In this document: piece after piece, positions 1 to 13,000 of the stretch | Layout: each line of letters begins with the position of its first letter | Numbering within the stretch: position 1 is the stretch's first letter | DNA from: Leptogorgia sarmentosa | Taxonomy: Eukaryota | Assembly (NCBI GenBank): GCA_964658305.1 | Contig: OZ210884.1 | Location: 1,302,001-1,366,000 of the forward strand | Length of the DNA stretch: 64,000 nt | Reading direction: 5' to 3' | Program-made: the position numbers and the translations under genes | The notes under the pieces: model-generated | The model's input: the letters and a program-made list of their open reading frames with translations, nothing else | Databases searched by the model: none | What the model was told of the DNA's origin: nothing

Positions 1-321
1 TCTTTGACGTCATTTTACAAATTCACAGTTCGCTGTTAGCCAATCAGGAACGAGGAATATTTTAAATAAATAATAAAATATAAATGAAGGACGAGGTGAT
101 ATCAATTTTATCGCTGGAAGGACGATATCATTGGTGATAATTGGCGATATCGTACTGAAAGTTATGATATGTGGTACGATTGATATATATGATATAATAT
201 AACAGAATGAAACAGAATACAACAATATACAGAGGATATTTCGGTTGCAATAAAACATGAATTTTATGTTCGAGTGGCAAGAATAGTATCCCATGTTTTT
301 TCCACGTGCATTTATATATAG

Positions 322-611
322 CTAGTTTGTAGTTTAATACTATTTGTCATTTTCTCCAATAGTTGTAAGAGGCCTTGCGCCACGTGTGTTCGATTAACGT
401 TTTCGATCACTAGCAGAGATATTTGGAAGAAGCATGCAGACAAATTTAAGATTTAAATTCACCTGATGAGTGCGCAAGCACTTACCCTGTTGTACGAAAC
501 AAAATTGCAGTGAATTAAGTAGTGTTTAAACAAAGATCTCAAGCTTGTCCTCTATACATGCTCTACTTTTTGTATCGCGAGCACTCTATTCATATAGGAT
601 TCAACATCAAC

Positions 612-613
<2 letters not shown>
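322..613 (+). mobile_element. Penelope-like element terminus with degenerate hammerhead, next to (TA)n
   Basis: AATTCAC-CTGATGA-GTGCG..TGTAC-GAAA-CAAAATTG-CA-GTGAATT at ~456-516; ATGCTCT..GAGCACTCTA tail; left boundary approximate. Confidence 0.6.

Positions 614-667
<54 letters not shown>
614..667. repeat. (TA)n microsatellite
   Basis: ~27 TA units. Confidence 0.98.
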
Positions 668-672
<5 letters not shown>

Positions 673-712
673 ATGAATTAAAGTTCAAAGATTCAACAGT
701 CAAGACAAGACA

Positions 713-768
713 TTTTATTACTATTTAGTTTCGTGCCACACGTAACGTGTGGTACTCTTCAGATAAAA
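713..768 (-). ncRNA. Minimal type I hammerhead ribozyme (sense to RNF213 pre-mRNA)
   Basis: Mirror copy of 786-841 with complete CUGAAGA/GAAA/GUA core. Confidence 0.85.
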
Positions 769-785
769 TTGTCTATAATAGACAA

Positions 786-841
786 TTTTATCTGAAGAGT
801 ACCACAAGTTACGTGTGGCACGAAACTAAATAGTAATAAAA
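786..841 (+). ncRNA. Minimal type I hammerhead ribozyme
   Basis: TTTTAT-CTGAAGA-GTACCACA..TGTGGCAC-GAAA-CTAAATAG-TA^ATAAAA; complete core and three stems. Confidence 0.85.
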
Positions 842-1016
842 TGTCTTGTCTTGACTGTTGAATCTTTGAACTTTAATTCATTATAATATGCTCTGGTCAT
901 CCATTGAGCACTCTACCAACGGTTATTACTACATTATCCATTGTATATATATAATATATATAATATATATAGAATTGGTCCAAACATCAAGGAATATTTA
1001 TAGTTCATGCACTTAC

Positions 1017-1089
1017 CATACCATCGGCCAATGTTTGTTTGCATAATTTCAGGAGCATCATCATGGGGCATTGTGGGAATAAAAGCATT
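1017..1089 (-). CDS. RNF213: RNF213-like exon w57 (leads into RZ finger)
   Basis: NAFIPTMPHDD...GRWY, the motif directly preceding the RZ finger (CPNGH...) in RNF213. Confidence 0.92.
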
Positions 1090-4000
1090 CTATAAATTAA
1101 ATAAATAAGATGAATTTTGCAGAGTTGTGAACTAAACACATTAAATTTGCGTTTTTGCACGGTGTGCAACGAAAAATAAGTGCAATGTGAGCGCGGAAAA
1201 AATAGATAATTTCTTTATCAGTCTTGTTCGGTTCGGATAGGGAGATACCATACTTCCCTATACGGATATCGAGGGCGGTAAATGATCGATAGCTTAGCGT
1301 TAATCCTTACGGATCGATAGCACTCAAAACGTGGTGTTCCCACAAAACAAAAAATATTAATATTATTAATTCTGTTTCCCCCTCGAATCTTAATATGTAT
1401 ATTTGTTTTTCCTTACCATCATTAAAGCAGGATTACAGGCAAGATTTGCGAGAGGTTGCAGTAAATGATTCTGAGGGAAACATTTCATGACGATAAGAAA
1501 ATGAACCAATACTTCGGTTAGTCGCCTGTCACTACCAGATTGACGGGGACTTTGCCGAAGCAGGTGCCCGTGACGGTTTTCAAAATTTGTCAGAAAATTT
1601 TTGGCCAGCTCTTTTAACTGAAATGAAGAGATAAGAATATCAATATTTACTACAATCCCCAAGCGAGGCCGTCCGGGCGTTAGCCCGGGGAGAGAGTAGT
1701 AATTTCGCACGGCTATTTACACCCGGGTAAAAGGCAGCTTTGCGGAGTCTGAAGTTCCTCAATTTGGCCGCCATTTTGGGTCATCATCGATCGTAGCTCA
1801 TCACTGATCTCAAAATTATCTGTTCTATGATTGTCACTGGTGGAAATAAAGGAAGGCCCTAGATATTGATATGCTTCTCCAATGTCAATTTTTGGTATTA
1901 GCTGATTGTTAATGAGAAGTTTTGCGGTGTATTGGACAGACTTTGTGACAGCTTTCGTGTTGGCCCATTGACACCAGATAAAGTTGACCTCAATATCATG
2001 CTCAGACTCATCCAATAACTATTTATAATATTATTATTTAATAATTCATAACTAATGATGCTAAGTATAGCCCTGATTACTAATTATAGCTGGCTTCAAG
2101 TTCAAATACATGAGATGGAATTTACCCAAAATTGACCGTTGACATTACAGAAATTGTGAGTAATCAAAGTTCATGAAAATTCATTTCTAGTTTTTTTCCC
2201 GCAAAATTCCATGAAAAGTTGACAGACTGTTGTTGTTCAAAAAAATCACGGCAAGGAGAAAAAGCCGTGAGCTTTGTTCATGATCTGCTTCCGCTGAACA
2301 CCAGTGGTGTTTTTTTTATACAAAACGTTCTACAATATGCTACACTATGTACATGTGTGACTCTAGTTTTGAAACAAAAGAACGTTTGATTTACAACATC
2401 TGTTTGTTAATGGTTAAACCTACTTCGTTTGGTAAATACTGATTATCCGTCACATATTCCCCAAGCTTTTCCATAACCTATAGAAAAAATTATAATTAAA
2501 ATTTTTTATGAACTTCATTTTTTACTTTTGAACTTTAGTTTTGACCTATTCAAGCAAATATGACAACCCCATTTGTTTTCTAATAAGTTCTATCCACATT
2601 TGTGGGCTTGAAAACTATAACTTTTTACTTTGTAGACACATCACTTACCCTAACTGGAATCCTGCCTTCCCCGTTCACTTGTGAGAAACTTGACGTTATT
2701 TCTCGGAACAAGGCCAGTAGAATGTAACAAGAACGTACGGTTGGTTGAGCCTGCAGGTCCTGGAAAAATACATTTAGTGGTAAAAATTAACCACAACGTC
2801 CTTCCTTCTAACAGGCTGACGTTTCATAGCAAAGAAACACAACAGGGGCTGGGTCAGGGTTAGTAATATTGTTAGAAATTTTGCAAAAAATAGACAAGCC
2901 GCCAAAATTGTTCTCATTGAAATGACAAAATTGCATTAGTGCTTTAGACGGTTCTTGTGGGCAGTAGTGTTCGACTTAAACATCATATTCCAGTCCAGCC
3001 AAAATTCTGTTCTTCTTTCGTATTCTTTAAAAGCAATTTCGTTTCTTTCGACCAATTTCACTTGTGTTTAAATTCCGCCTTTCCGCCATTTGGTTTCCTT
3101 TCGAAAAGTCATTAATTGTTTTGAAATACAATTAATAATATAATTGTGCTCTCCTGAACCGATCAGCATCCAGAAATTTTGTCACGCTAATAATAAGTTT
3201 AGGTAATTGCGTGGGGCCGAGTAAATTAAAGTAAAGTAAAGTAATGTTAAGGTGTAATTCAACATGTGTTTTCAAAGTTCCATGCATGTTCAGGCAAAAT
3301 TCATTCGAAAATAAATCGCTTGGAATTGAATCTCAACTTCAAGTTTTAGATCAGTACTTCGAACGGCACTTTACATGTTTAAAATCAATAAACATGCTAA
3401 TATATAGAAATATATATAATATATTCATCAATGTCATTTTAAATCGTTGGGAAATAAAATAAATGGTTTACAAATTTTATAAGGGACAGACAAGAAAACT
3501 TGCTCAAATGTTTACCATATTGCTTGGAACTATACTTCAATTTGACAATTTTACACACGACAAAAACTGCGAGGAAGGCGTTAAATGTCCGATGTGAAAT
3601 TAACAATAAAACAATCTGATAATTCAATCGAGGCGAAGTAATTTTGCCCTCTGAATTAAGAAAAAATGCCCTCCTCCTTGGCCAATCATGTTTTAGTAGC
3701 TAATTTTGCCCACTATTTGGAGGCCTAAAGGGGTAAAATGGGAACTGGGATTTTCTTATTCTTGGTTGGTAAAATGGGATTTAATCCACCGGGACTGGGA
3801 TTCATCAGCAAAAAGAACAGAAAATGGAAATGGGATTAAGATTTGAGCTGGATAGTCACTGAGACGATGGTATTTGAGACTGAGCCTATGGGCTTTCGAA
3901 CACTGGGATTTAGTCTAAATTTGGACTGGGAAATGGAATAGGAACCCCCGTTCAGGACCCTCTATATGATTAAAACTGTAATTTAGTCGAACTAATAATT

Positions 4001-7000
4001 CCACCAATCCTATCCAGGGCGGCGCTTGAACGTTTATTCGGGGAGGGGGGTGCATATTCATATTTTGGCGTTCTGCCGACTGATTTCTTTTGAAATTTAT
4101 TCATAAACAACTGATTTCAAAAGAAATTAGTCGGCAGAACGCCGAAATATGAATATGCACCCCACCCCCAATTAACGTTCTAGATCCTATCCCAGAATTG
4201 AATTTGTTCAGTTGCAGTTGAATTCAGTCACCAACTGAGTCTATAGTATACAATACCTGATCGAATGTAAACCTTACTTGAATGACTCCATTTAGATTAT
4301 CGGTGGTAGATGTCAGCTTTGCTTTGCCAAAAGCTTCTCGCACAGTGTGGTAATTTTCATGATGAACGATAAAAGTATCTGGAGTGTTACCTTGCTCCTA
4401 CAAATTACGAATAACATTAATTAAAGGAATTTACTTATTTTAGTAAGAAACGTATAGTTCATCAAATTTCCCATTAAAGAGGTTTCCATAATTTCAAATA
4501 TTGGAAACGATCTTCGGTAACATATTGCACACCAAGTCTCAAAAAATATATTAAATTTTAAGGGAACAAGCCGTACGTGCATTCTTGAGACGACATAATA
4601 ATATTGTAGGCATTTTAGAAACTATTCAAAGCACTTGTCAAAACATCTCGGGCTGCGCACGCATACATTGAAAATATACATATGTTACTTACCGGCTGGG
4701 AGGTCCGGATAGAAAATTATTATGTGGAGGTCTCAACAACGGCCCGAGGCCGAAGGCCGAGAACGAGGGACGTTCGACCGAGACAAAATATTTTTCTATC
4801 CGGACCAACCTAATCGGTAAATAACGGATTTATTTTGCTGCGCAATGCAGCGATATTTAATAATTATTTACCGATGTCGAGGTGATTATCGGTGAATATT
4901 CACCGATAATCTCCGAGGCAGAGGTCAATAATTGTTTTAGTATAATTTCAGTAGTAAAATAAGTTAAATATTGCGTAAATTAAGTTAAGTAAATTAAGGA
5001 ATTTAAATCTTAAAAGCTTTAAAAAGCTTCTGCTCTTCATGATAGTCCGCCATATTTTTGAGATCAGTGATGATCACCCTTCGACGACGAACCAAAATGG
5101 CGGCGAAATCGAGCAACTTTGGACTCCTCCGCTATGCAGTCCATTACCCGGGTGCAAATAGCCGTGCGGAATTATTACCCTCGTCCCGGGCTAACGCCCG
5201 GACGGCGTTTCGCGCCGTGGCTCGGGGATTACTTTATGGTTTCCGTGTTTGGATGGTCTGATCCAAACACTTGGGAATGTTGCTCGAGTTAAGAAAAGCC
5301 CGCGAATGCACGAGCCAAAGGCGAGTAATTGTTTAGTACTCAACAGTGTACTTCGAAAATTCTTGTAAAGAACTATAGTACTTAAAACCATAGTACTGTA
5401 TGTTCAAAATAAAGCCAAAATCACTCCACAAAATATAGCTTTATTAGAGGAGTAAAAATAGTTTGTTCTACCTCAATTTGTGATGGGATAATCCATTCCA
5501 GTTCTTTTTCCTTACATCTTTGTTTAACTGCATCAAACCCATTGGGATCATGGCGAACTAACTGTTTTAATAAAAACAACTGAATGGGAAATCGACTTGG
5601 ATCACAACAGAGATGTTTTGCTGCATCAACACATTTTGGAAGAGCTTTAAACAGTTCCATATTTGCATCAAACTCGTCGCCTAAATATGTAGAAAGGGCA
5701 TCCAATGCAGCCCTTACGACAGCGATATCTTTAAGACAATCGATATTCACAGCGTTTGGTGGAGGTGTAACATGAAGTGTGTGCTTTGCTCTTTTTATGT
5801 TCCCGCTGGCCACCAGAATTTGTACATTTTTCCCATCTTTCATCGCTTTCAACAATTTTAGCCTTTCAACATCCTTACAAGAGAAAAAAATTTAAGTAAG
5901 AAAAGTTTTAGTTAAGTTGGTGTGAGCTCGACGGGTCATGAATAGATGAAGTGCTCAAGATAAATTGATGGGTAACAAACATCTTAAATAATGATGAAGT
6001 GAGGAAAAGGCATGATCAGAAAAGATTGCAAGCGGTAAAAAAGTTGAAAAGAGTCGTCAATCAGTCTACCATATTTTTAATTCGGCAATTACTGCTCTAC
6101 CGATTATACATAACTTTTTTAGTGTGTGCTGAGGTAAAAATGGTATCTCTTGGTTGATCAGGCGTGCACGTTTGTAGAAAAAAAATCTCTCGCTTGGAAT
6201 CTATGGTTGATGAAGTCCATGATTTTAAGGAGCAAAGAACCTTAAAAGTTCAGCAGTTAGCCTCTAAATTATTACAAATACCGTGATCAAACATTTCATT
6301 TTGGACAAAAAAGTCAATGCCTACAAAAGTATAATTCAACGCCATGTTTTTTTCAAAATCACGCAAGAGGAAGAAAAATGTGCCATGGTAAATAACTTTC
6401 AAATGAATGTTTTGAAATGTTTAATTTAAACTCTATAGAAGTTAAAATATTTTTAAGTAATAAAAATGTTTCGTGTTTGTAACGTGCGAAGTAGACGAGC
6501 TACAAGGGAAAAAGCAAAATGATTCGTTACGTAATTAGTCCAGATACCTCCATACACTGTACACACAATACGCAAACTTCGATCAAGTCTTCTCTTTTCC
6601 CTACCAAACCACTTGCACGACGGAGGTATTCTTCCAAATGCTCACATACCTCTTTTTCTCTAAAACAAAAAATTGTTCACGACATGAAAACTAGCTCTTG
6701 CATGTAGGTTTACTGAGGAGTACAAAATCACGAGTGAGGGGAAAAAACATAACGAGCTGCTGGTCAGAATTTTAGGGCTCGATTCTTAGGGGCTGTTTAT
6801 ATGAGAGCCGGGACGGGACATTTGCCGGGACGGGACGTTTAACGGGATCCCGGACTATATACACTTTGCTATTATTAATATCATCTGTTTATATGGAGCC
6901 GGGACGTTTTTCATCCCGTCCCGGTCAGGCGGGATCCCGGTTTTGACAACCGGGATCCCGCCTTAAGCGGGACGATTTTTCCCATATAAATGCTCCATCC

Positions 7001-10000
7001 CGCCTCACCGGGACAATGTCAATTTTTATATTTCAACAATAATTTCAATTATATGGCTCAATTCTCTTTTTTCTTGTTAAGGTTATAGAATAACATTCAA
7101 GTACGGTGAAATGCGAGTATAGAATGAATTATTAACGTCAATGTTGACGGAGAAAAATAAGCATTTTGCGAGAGCTTGATATTGTCCCGCCTCTGTTTAC
7201 GTCCCGGTGAACGTCCCGTCCCTCCACTCATGTAAAGGGAATTCAACACGGGATGAAAAACATCCCGTCTCGGCAAACGTCCCGTCCCGCCTCTCATATA
7301 AACAGGCCCTTAGTGATAACGTTCTCAATGTTACTCAAACCCAGTGCTTTCGTGTGAAAAGAAGAAGTAAACGCTCAACCGAATGACGTGTGTTTTCTCC
7401 GGGCGCTTCGTTTTGCTCCCACAAGGAAGTTGAGAGTGTGGGTTAGGATAAACACAGATACGGAAGTATAATCTCAATTGCTCTAAAAAATGAAAGTTTT
7501 CCCGAGGTTTCCTTGAGGAAATCTTCTGATATTTTAAACCGCAACAGAAAACACCGCGTTTCCGTCCATTAACTCGAAACTATTTTAAGCATTTATCTTT
7601 CGTGCGCAAGCTATTTCTCATCTGTGAAAAGACACCCCCCCCCCCCCCCCGCCCCCACCGGGTTTTGAAAATTTAAATTCCGAATTCTTTTGGTTTATTC
7701 CGCATTTTATGTACCAAAACAATTTACATTGAACAAAAAAACTTCGAGCCTTAAGCCGCTTCGCGAGTTGAGAGGGACTTCGGATTAGTTCCATTTTTTA
7801 TACCCTGCATGTAGTTTAATTTCTTTAAAAAAGTATCACCCAGGGCTACTGTATATTGTTCACTTATAGGCTTCAATAATACACTCTTCTGGAAAGCACA
7901 AGTCAGTATGGACTCGAAAGCCAGGCTTTATCGCTAAGCGCCTAATAAAAGAATTTTAACTTCTGTAAAAAGAATACATAAATAAAGATGGCGGTGATTG
8001 CCCAATTTTTGTCGATTTTATAGGAAAAGAGTGATTCTTCCTGTGCTTAATTCAGCCTCGCTTTCGAGTTTACTAAGGTAGGCTTAAGGTTGTTATTCAC
8101 CGAAAATCGCTTCACTTTTGTTGCGTTAAAAAACGCGTGATTTTAATTAACTATAACATATAATACCGCATAACAATTTTCTAATTCAACAGTTACGTGC
8201 TTTGGGGCAACGTACCTCTCCTTTATTGACAGAAGTTGTTTTAAAATATAAGATCTGATAACAGGCGTCACATCAATTCCTTGCCCATCAAACGGTGTGA
8301 AATCTTCAGTTCTTTTTTCATCCTTGATCACGTAGCTTATAAATTTTCGGACAAGATCGGGATTCGGCAACTGCTCTCCGAAGCAATACAGCGAGACAAG
8401 CTCCATGAAAAATGACTTGCAGCGGTTACGAAAACCAATGTATGCCTCAAGGGCAAGCCTTCAAAACAAAATTTGAAACTATATGTTATTAGGCTATAAA
8501 GATTACTTGTTCGAATGTTGCTATCCACCGCGATTCTTCAAGCCTTCTAAACAATTCGTCATCGCATATCGCTCTGATCCAGATTATTTAAATTAGTATT
8601 AATGTGTTTTTAATTTAAATATTAATTTTTTGCAAAAAAAATCACGAGTTTTGATTATTTGATTGAACACATATAAGACATTATGACGTGATTTGGTTGT
8701 ATATTTGAAAACACATTTGGACGTCACATTAATTTATGCTGCTTTTGTTACAAGCGGGAAAATACAAATGGTTTTCGAAAAAAGAAAAGGTTCTTGTTTG
8801 CAATGCAAGCGTTTAGCCCAAGTTCGTAAAACAATTAGTGAATTCAGTTGTCGTAGGATATGAGATAACACAAATCTTTACTTTAATAACTCCTCTTCAA
8901 CCTGCTCGACCGTATTCAATTATTGTTTATATTATTCATTTAAAATAATTCAAGAGTTTTGATTGGTTAAGAGCTGTGGGTGAATTCGTCATATCTGCTC
9001 GGTAAAACACATATATGACATTATGACGTAATTATGTCGTATACTGAGAACTCATATACGACATTATGACGTAACTAGATGTAGGCCTACCTGCATTCTT
9101 GATTGACCATAACTTTGAAGTTTGCACCAACTTCTTCCCTGCATAAAGAACATACATTCAAACCAACCATTTGCACATAATGCGCGAAAAAATATGCTAC
9201 ATGACTTCATGTAAGCAATATCTTAGATCAGTTCATGTTTCCACAGCAATGTTTCCTACTTTGCCCACACTGGAAAACATGGAAAAGCAATAGAATGGAA
9301 GGAAACAATTTGCTTTCCAGTTTGCCCAGGGCTTAAAAACAAATTCGACGAACACAGGAGGAACAAGAAATAATTCGGGGTTCATGTAACACAACATATT
9401 TTTCTTTACTGTAAGGAAATTTCAGTCGTGTTTCTACTATGAAAACTAGACATTCAAAGAAAAGGCACGACATTGTTTTTATTATGCTACATTTTTATCG
9501 TTTTTCCACCTTTCACAATATAATACAATTATCCAAAAACAAAATAACAAATCCTCACGCATTCCTCGAGTGCCTACTCTTTATTCTCCCCTGGGTCTGA
9601 TTTCATAATCAATTTGATAAATTTGCTATACGGGACTGTTCAACCGGACAGCCAACAGTTTTTGAAGAGAACAAAAAACATTCACATCATACTAAAGATG
9701 AAAAGGTCGAAATTAAAAAAAAAATACATGTTGAAATGGAAATGTATATATATATTGAAATTCACATTTTTTAAAAGTACCATAGTTCTACTTTCATTTC
9801 GGTCATACATACATTTTTTCTATTTTGGACGAATTACTGATGTATTTTCAAAAAATTGTAAAAAATATTTTAACCGTGTTCTTACTAAAAAATTCACCTT
9901 GGCAGGAGGAATTCCATCAAAACTTAGACTTTTTTCATCCGAAGGACGAGAGTTGCACTTGCAAGTGCATTTTATATACAATTTTTCACCTAATACATAA

Positions 10001-13000
10001 CTTTATACGTTGAACATTTAATACATACTTGAGTCGATTGCTCATTTCTCCACTACAATTTTTCAGGAATTTTTCAATTGTCTCCATAGTACGAACTGAC
10101 GAAAAATCTAGATCTTCACCTAAAGCCTGCAACAATAAAAATGTATCTCATATGAATATTTAAAGACCTGTGGTTGGAAGTTATCCATTAGGCCTACATG
10201 GCTCCACTTTCCCCAACGTTAGTGTATTCAAATACGCCTAAACAGTGATAAACAGAGCCAAAATCTAATTGATAAATTCTTGTAATTTAACTAAATCACT
10301 CAGGGTGTTTAAACTGTCTTTTGTTTGCAATTTTGCTTTCAAAACTTCGTATCTTCTCCGCCAGAAGGTTAATGTTACGTTAAACTACAATAAAAACAGA
10401 TGTCAAATTGCACAAGGAGTGAAATAGTAAAATATTTCAAAGAAGTTGCCACGTTTGTTGTAACCGCTCACCGCTATAGCTTTTTCGAATGCCTACCAAG
10501 ACGTATGGAATGAATAGTAGATTTTACCTTCCATAGCCGCAGAGCGTTCTGTGCATCAGCTGGATGGTTTGATAGTCCAGGTAGACTTGTGTGTTCTATG
10601 AACATGCGTACAACATCCAAGCGAATCCAAGTGGTTCTAAAATGAAAAATACAATATCTCCTATATTTACAGGCGTAGGTTTTGCATATAGTTTGTGATC
10701 AGAAAAATATACATAGCTAAACTAATATATAAACTAATACAACCTAATTTTGTGCATTTGCATTTGCGCATGATATTCAGTAGCTACATTTCAATAGGTT
10801 TTTAAAACATTTAGAAAAATAATTGTGACAATGCATGACTGAAAGTAACGAAGCCAAAGAAGGCAGTCAAGTCCGTTCAGCGCATATTTTCTGCGCATGA
10901 CGTGGTAGACTAAACCGTTGGAGGTTTTCCAAAATGAAACCAATGAGTATTACTTATACGTGAAATTCATACGAGTCTCCAATAACGAGATTTGTTATGC
11001 GCCAGTCTTTTCTATTTCTAACATCAAAAAACAGTTTATCTCTTTATTAAAATTATGAATTGCTTTCATGTTGATTTTGCTCCTTCCTTCCCTTGCTAAA
11101 AAGGTTTATGGCATTGCAAAGTTGAGTGGGCACTGATTTGTTTGAGCATAACCTATAGAGGGATAATAAGTCACTTAGGACGTTGGGAAGCGTGAAAAAA
11201 ACACTCCATTTCACGCTTTTCTAAATGCAAGCCAATGAATATGAATTCTATTTCCAAAATAAAATGTCAGCAAAATGATGCCCATACCAGTTGGTGGCCA
11301 CCCTAACATACTGAATATATAATTTACTCAACCTTATCTACTGAGGTCTTCAATAGGCCAGCGTAGGTAACAGATAAGAACAGCAACTGTACTACCTAGA
11401 CGAGTTAACGTTCCGACCAAAGGATCTACGTTGGGAATTAGGGCCCTGGAAACGTCGAATCTTATTGAATCGTTTGGATAGTGAGGTTAACGGTCTTTTG
11501 CTGTTTGTTGCCATCATGCTCCTGTCTGAACAGCCATAATGAATTTAAGCATTTCAATTAAGCATTTGATAAAAAAGATTTCAAATTCTTCAATCATCCT
11601 TTTACATTTCGCTTATACCCTGTCACTTATTCCGATACATTAAAAAATCGTGCCTCTCCAGTGTTGCAACGCTGGAAAATGTGAAAAGATTCTAAATTTG
11701 CAAGTTGTTAATAACCATCATGTTCATGAGTCTTTAAAAGACTAAGTAAGTTACCTCATGCATATTATTATAAAAACATCATGCATATCATTGACGTCAT
11801 GCCCGATTACCCTTACCTATTTACATACACCATGTATACGGTCCTTGCGCACTATTGATGTTGCGCGCTAAAAAAAGCGGGTTCGACGGCCTATACGTTA
11901 CTACTTGCCACTACTTGCTAAAATAAATACACACCTGCAGTTATGCAAAATCCGAGCGGACTGATCGCCAAAAAGTTGATCATGAAATATTTCTTCACTG
12001 TTACCACCTGTATTTTGCTGTTGTGCTGGTCTTGAAATAAACGTTTTCATGACTTGTACAGTGGGACGGATGGATTGAACTCGGTTACACCAGATCAATC
12101 TGTTTTCAGCGTTTTGCAGATCTTCTGGCTTTGGCTCCAATTGCTGCAAACAACATTCCAGAGCTACCACATCCAGAATCTGGAATAATGATAAATGAAT
12201 TAAAATAGTGACATGGTATTTTAATAGATTTTCTCGAAGGACAGCCATAGCTACATGATTTCCAGATTTGTGAAAATCTTGAGAAATCTCAGTAAACTTA
12301 ACCCATTGAACCGTCAAAGCTGTTTCTTATTCTTAGCTTCTATCTTCAACCTTCAACAATTAGTGATTAAGAAAATTTAAACAGTTAAAAATGATTTTTG
12401 AATGATACCAAATGAAATTGACATGATTCTCCAGCCAGTCAACGAATGTGTGGCACGTCTATCACGTCAGTAATGGAATAAGGCTGGTTGCGTATTGACA
12501 GATTTAAAAGCTACAAGTAAACGCGGTACTATTAATGGTTAAACATTACAACTAACTAAAGGTAACTATGACTAACCATTTCTCCAACGTTAACATCCAA
12601 ACGAGCACGTAGTGCTAAAAGTTTCTCAACCAGATAAGGAAACGCGCGAACAAGTTCAGAAAAGTTTACAAGACGCGCTTGGATTAAGGAGTAGGAAAAA
12701 TGAATGAGAGGAATATCCAGTTCACATTCTTCATTCTTATGTAACAGCTGGCGTACATGTGCCGAAGCTGCAAGCACAGCATCACATATTAACTGAAAAG
12801 AAAAAAAACTCTGCGATTAGAAAAAGACTAGGTAATATAATCAAATAGTCAAAACATTCCGTAACGTGACTAAATGTTTTCCCATTTCTCATGAATTACC
12901 GCTGTACTAAGACATGCAGTTACCTGAAATTCACCGTCAGCCTCAGGTTTGTACATCATATGCAGGAAATCATTCAAGTAGTCCATGGCTGCTTCGTTTT

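Larger units (their letters stand above)
669..945. mobile_element. Inverted pair of Penelope-like termini (108-bp arms, 669-885) plus tail
   Basis: Near-perfect palindrome centred on 777 with 1 mismatch; each arm holds a hammerhead; flanked by TA repeats. Confidence 0.75.

Noticed and set aside
9890..9990. Cys-rich frame (CTCKCNSRP...) as the missing RING exon
   Set aside because: No acceptor compatible with the phase-2 upstream donor without a stop or an implausible ~39-nt intron; no RING spacing; looks like repeat debris.
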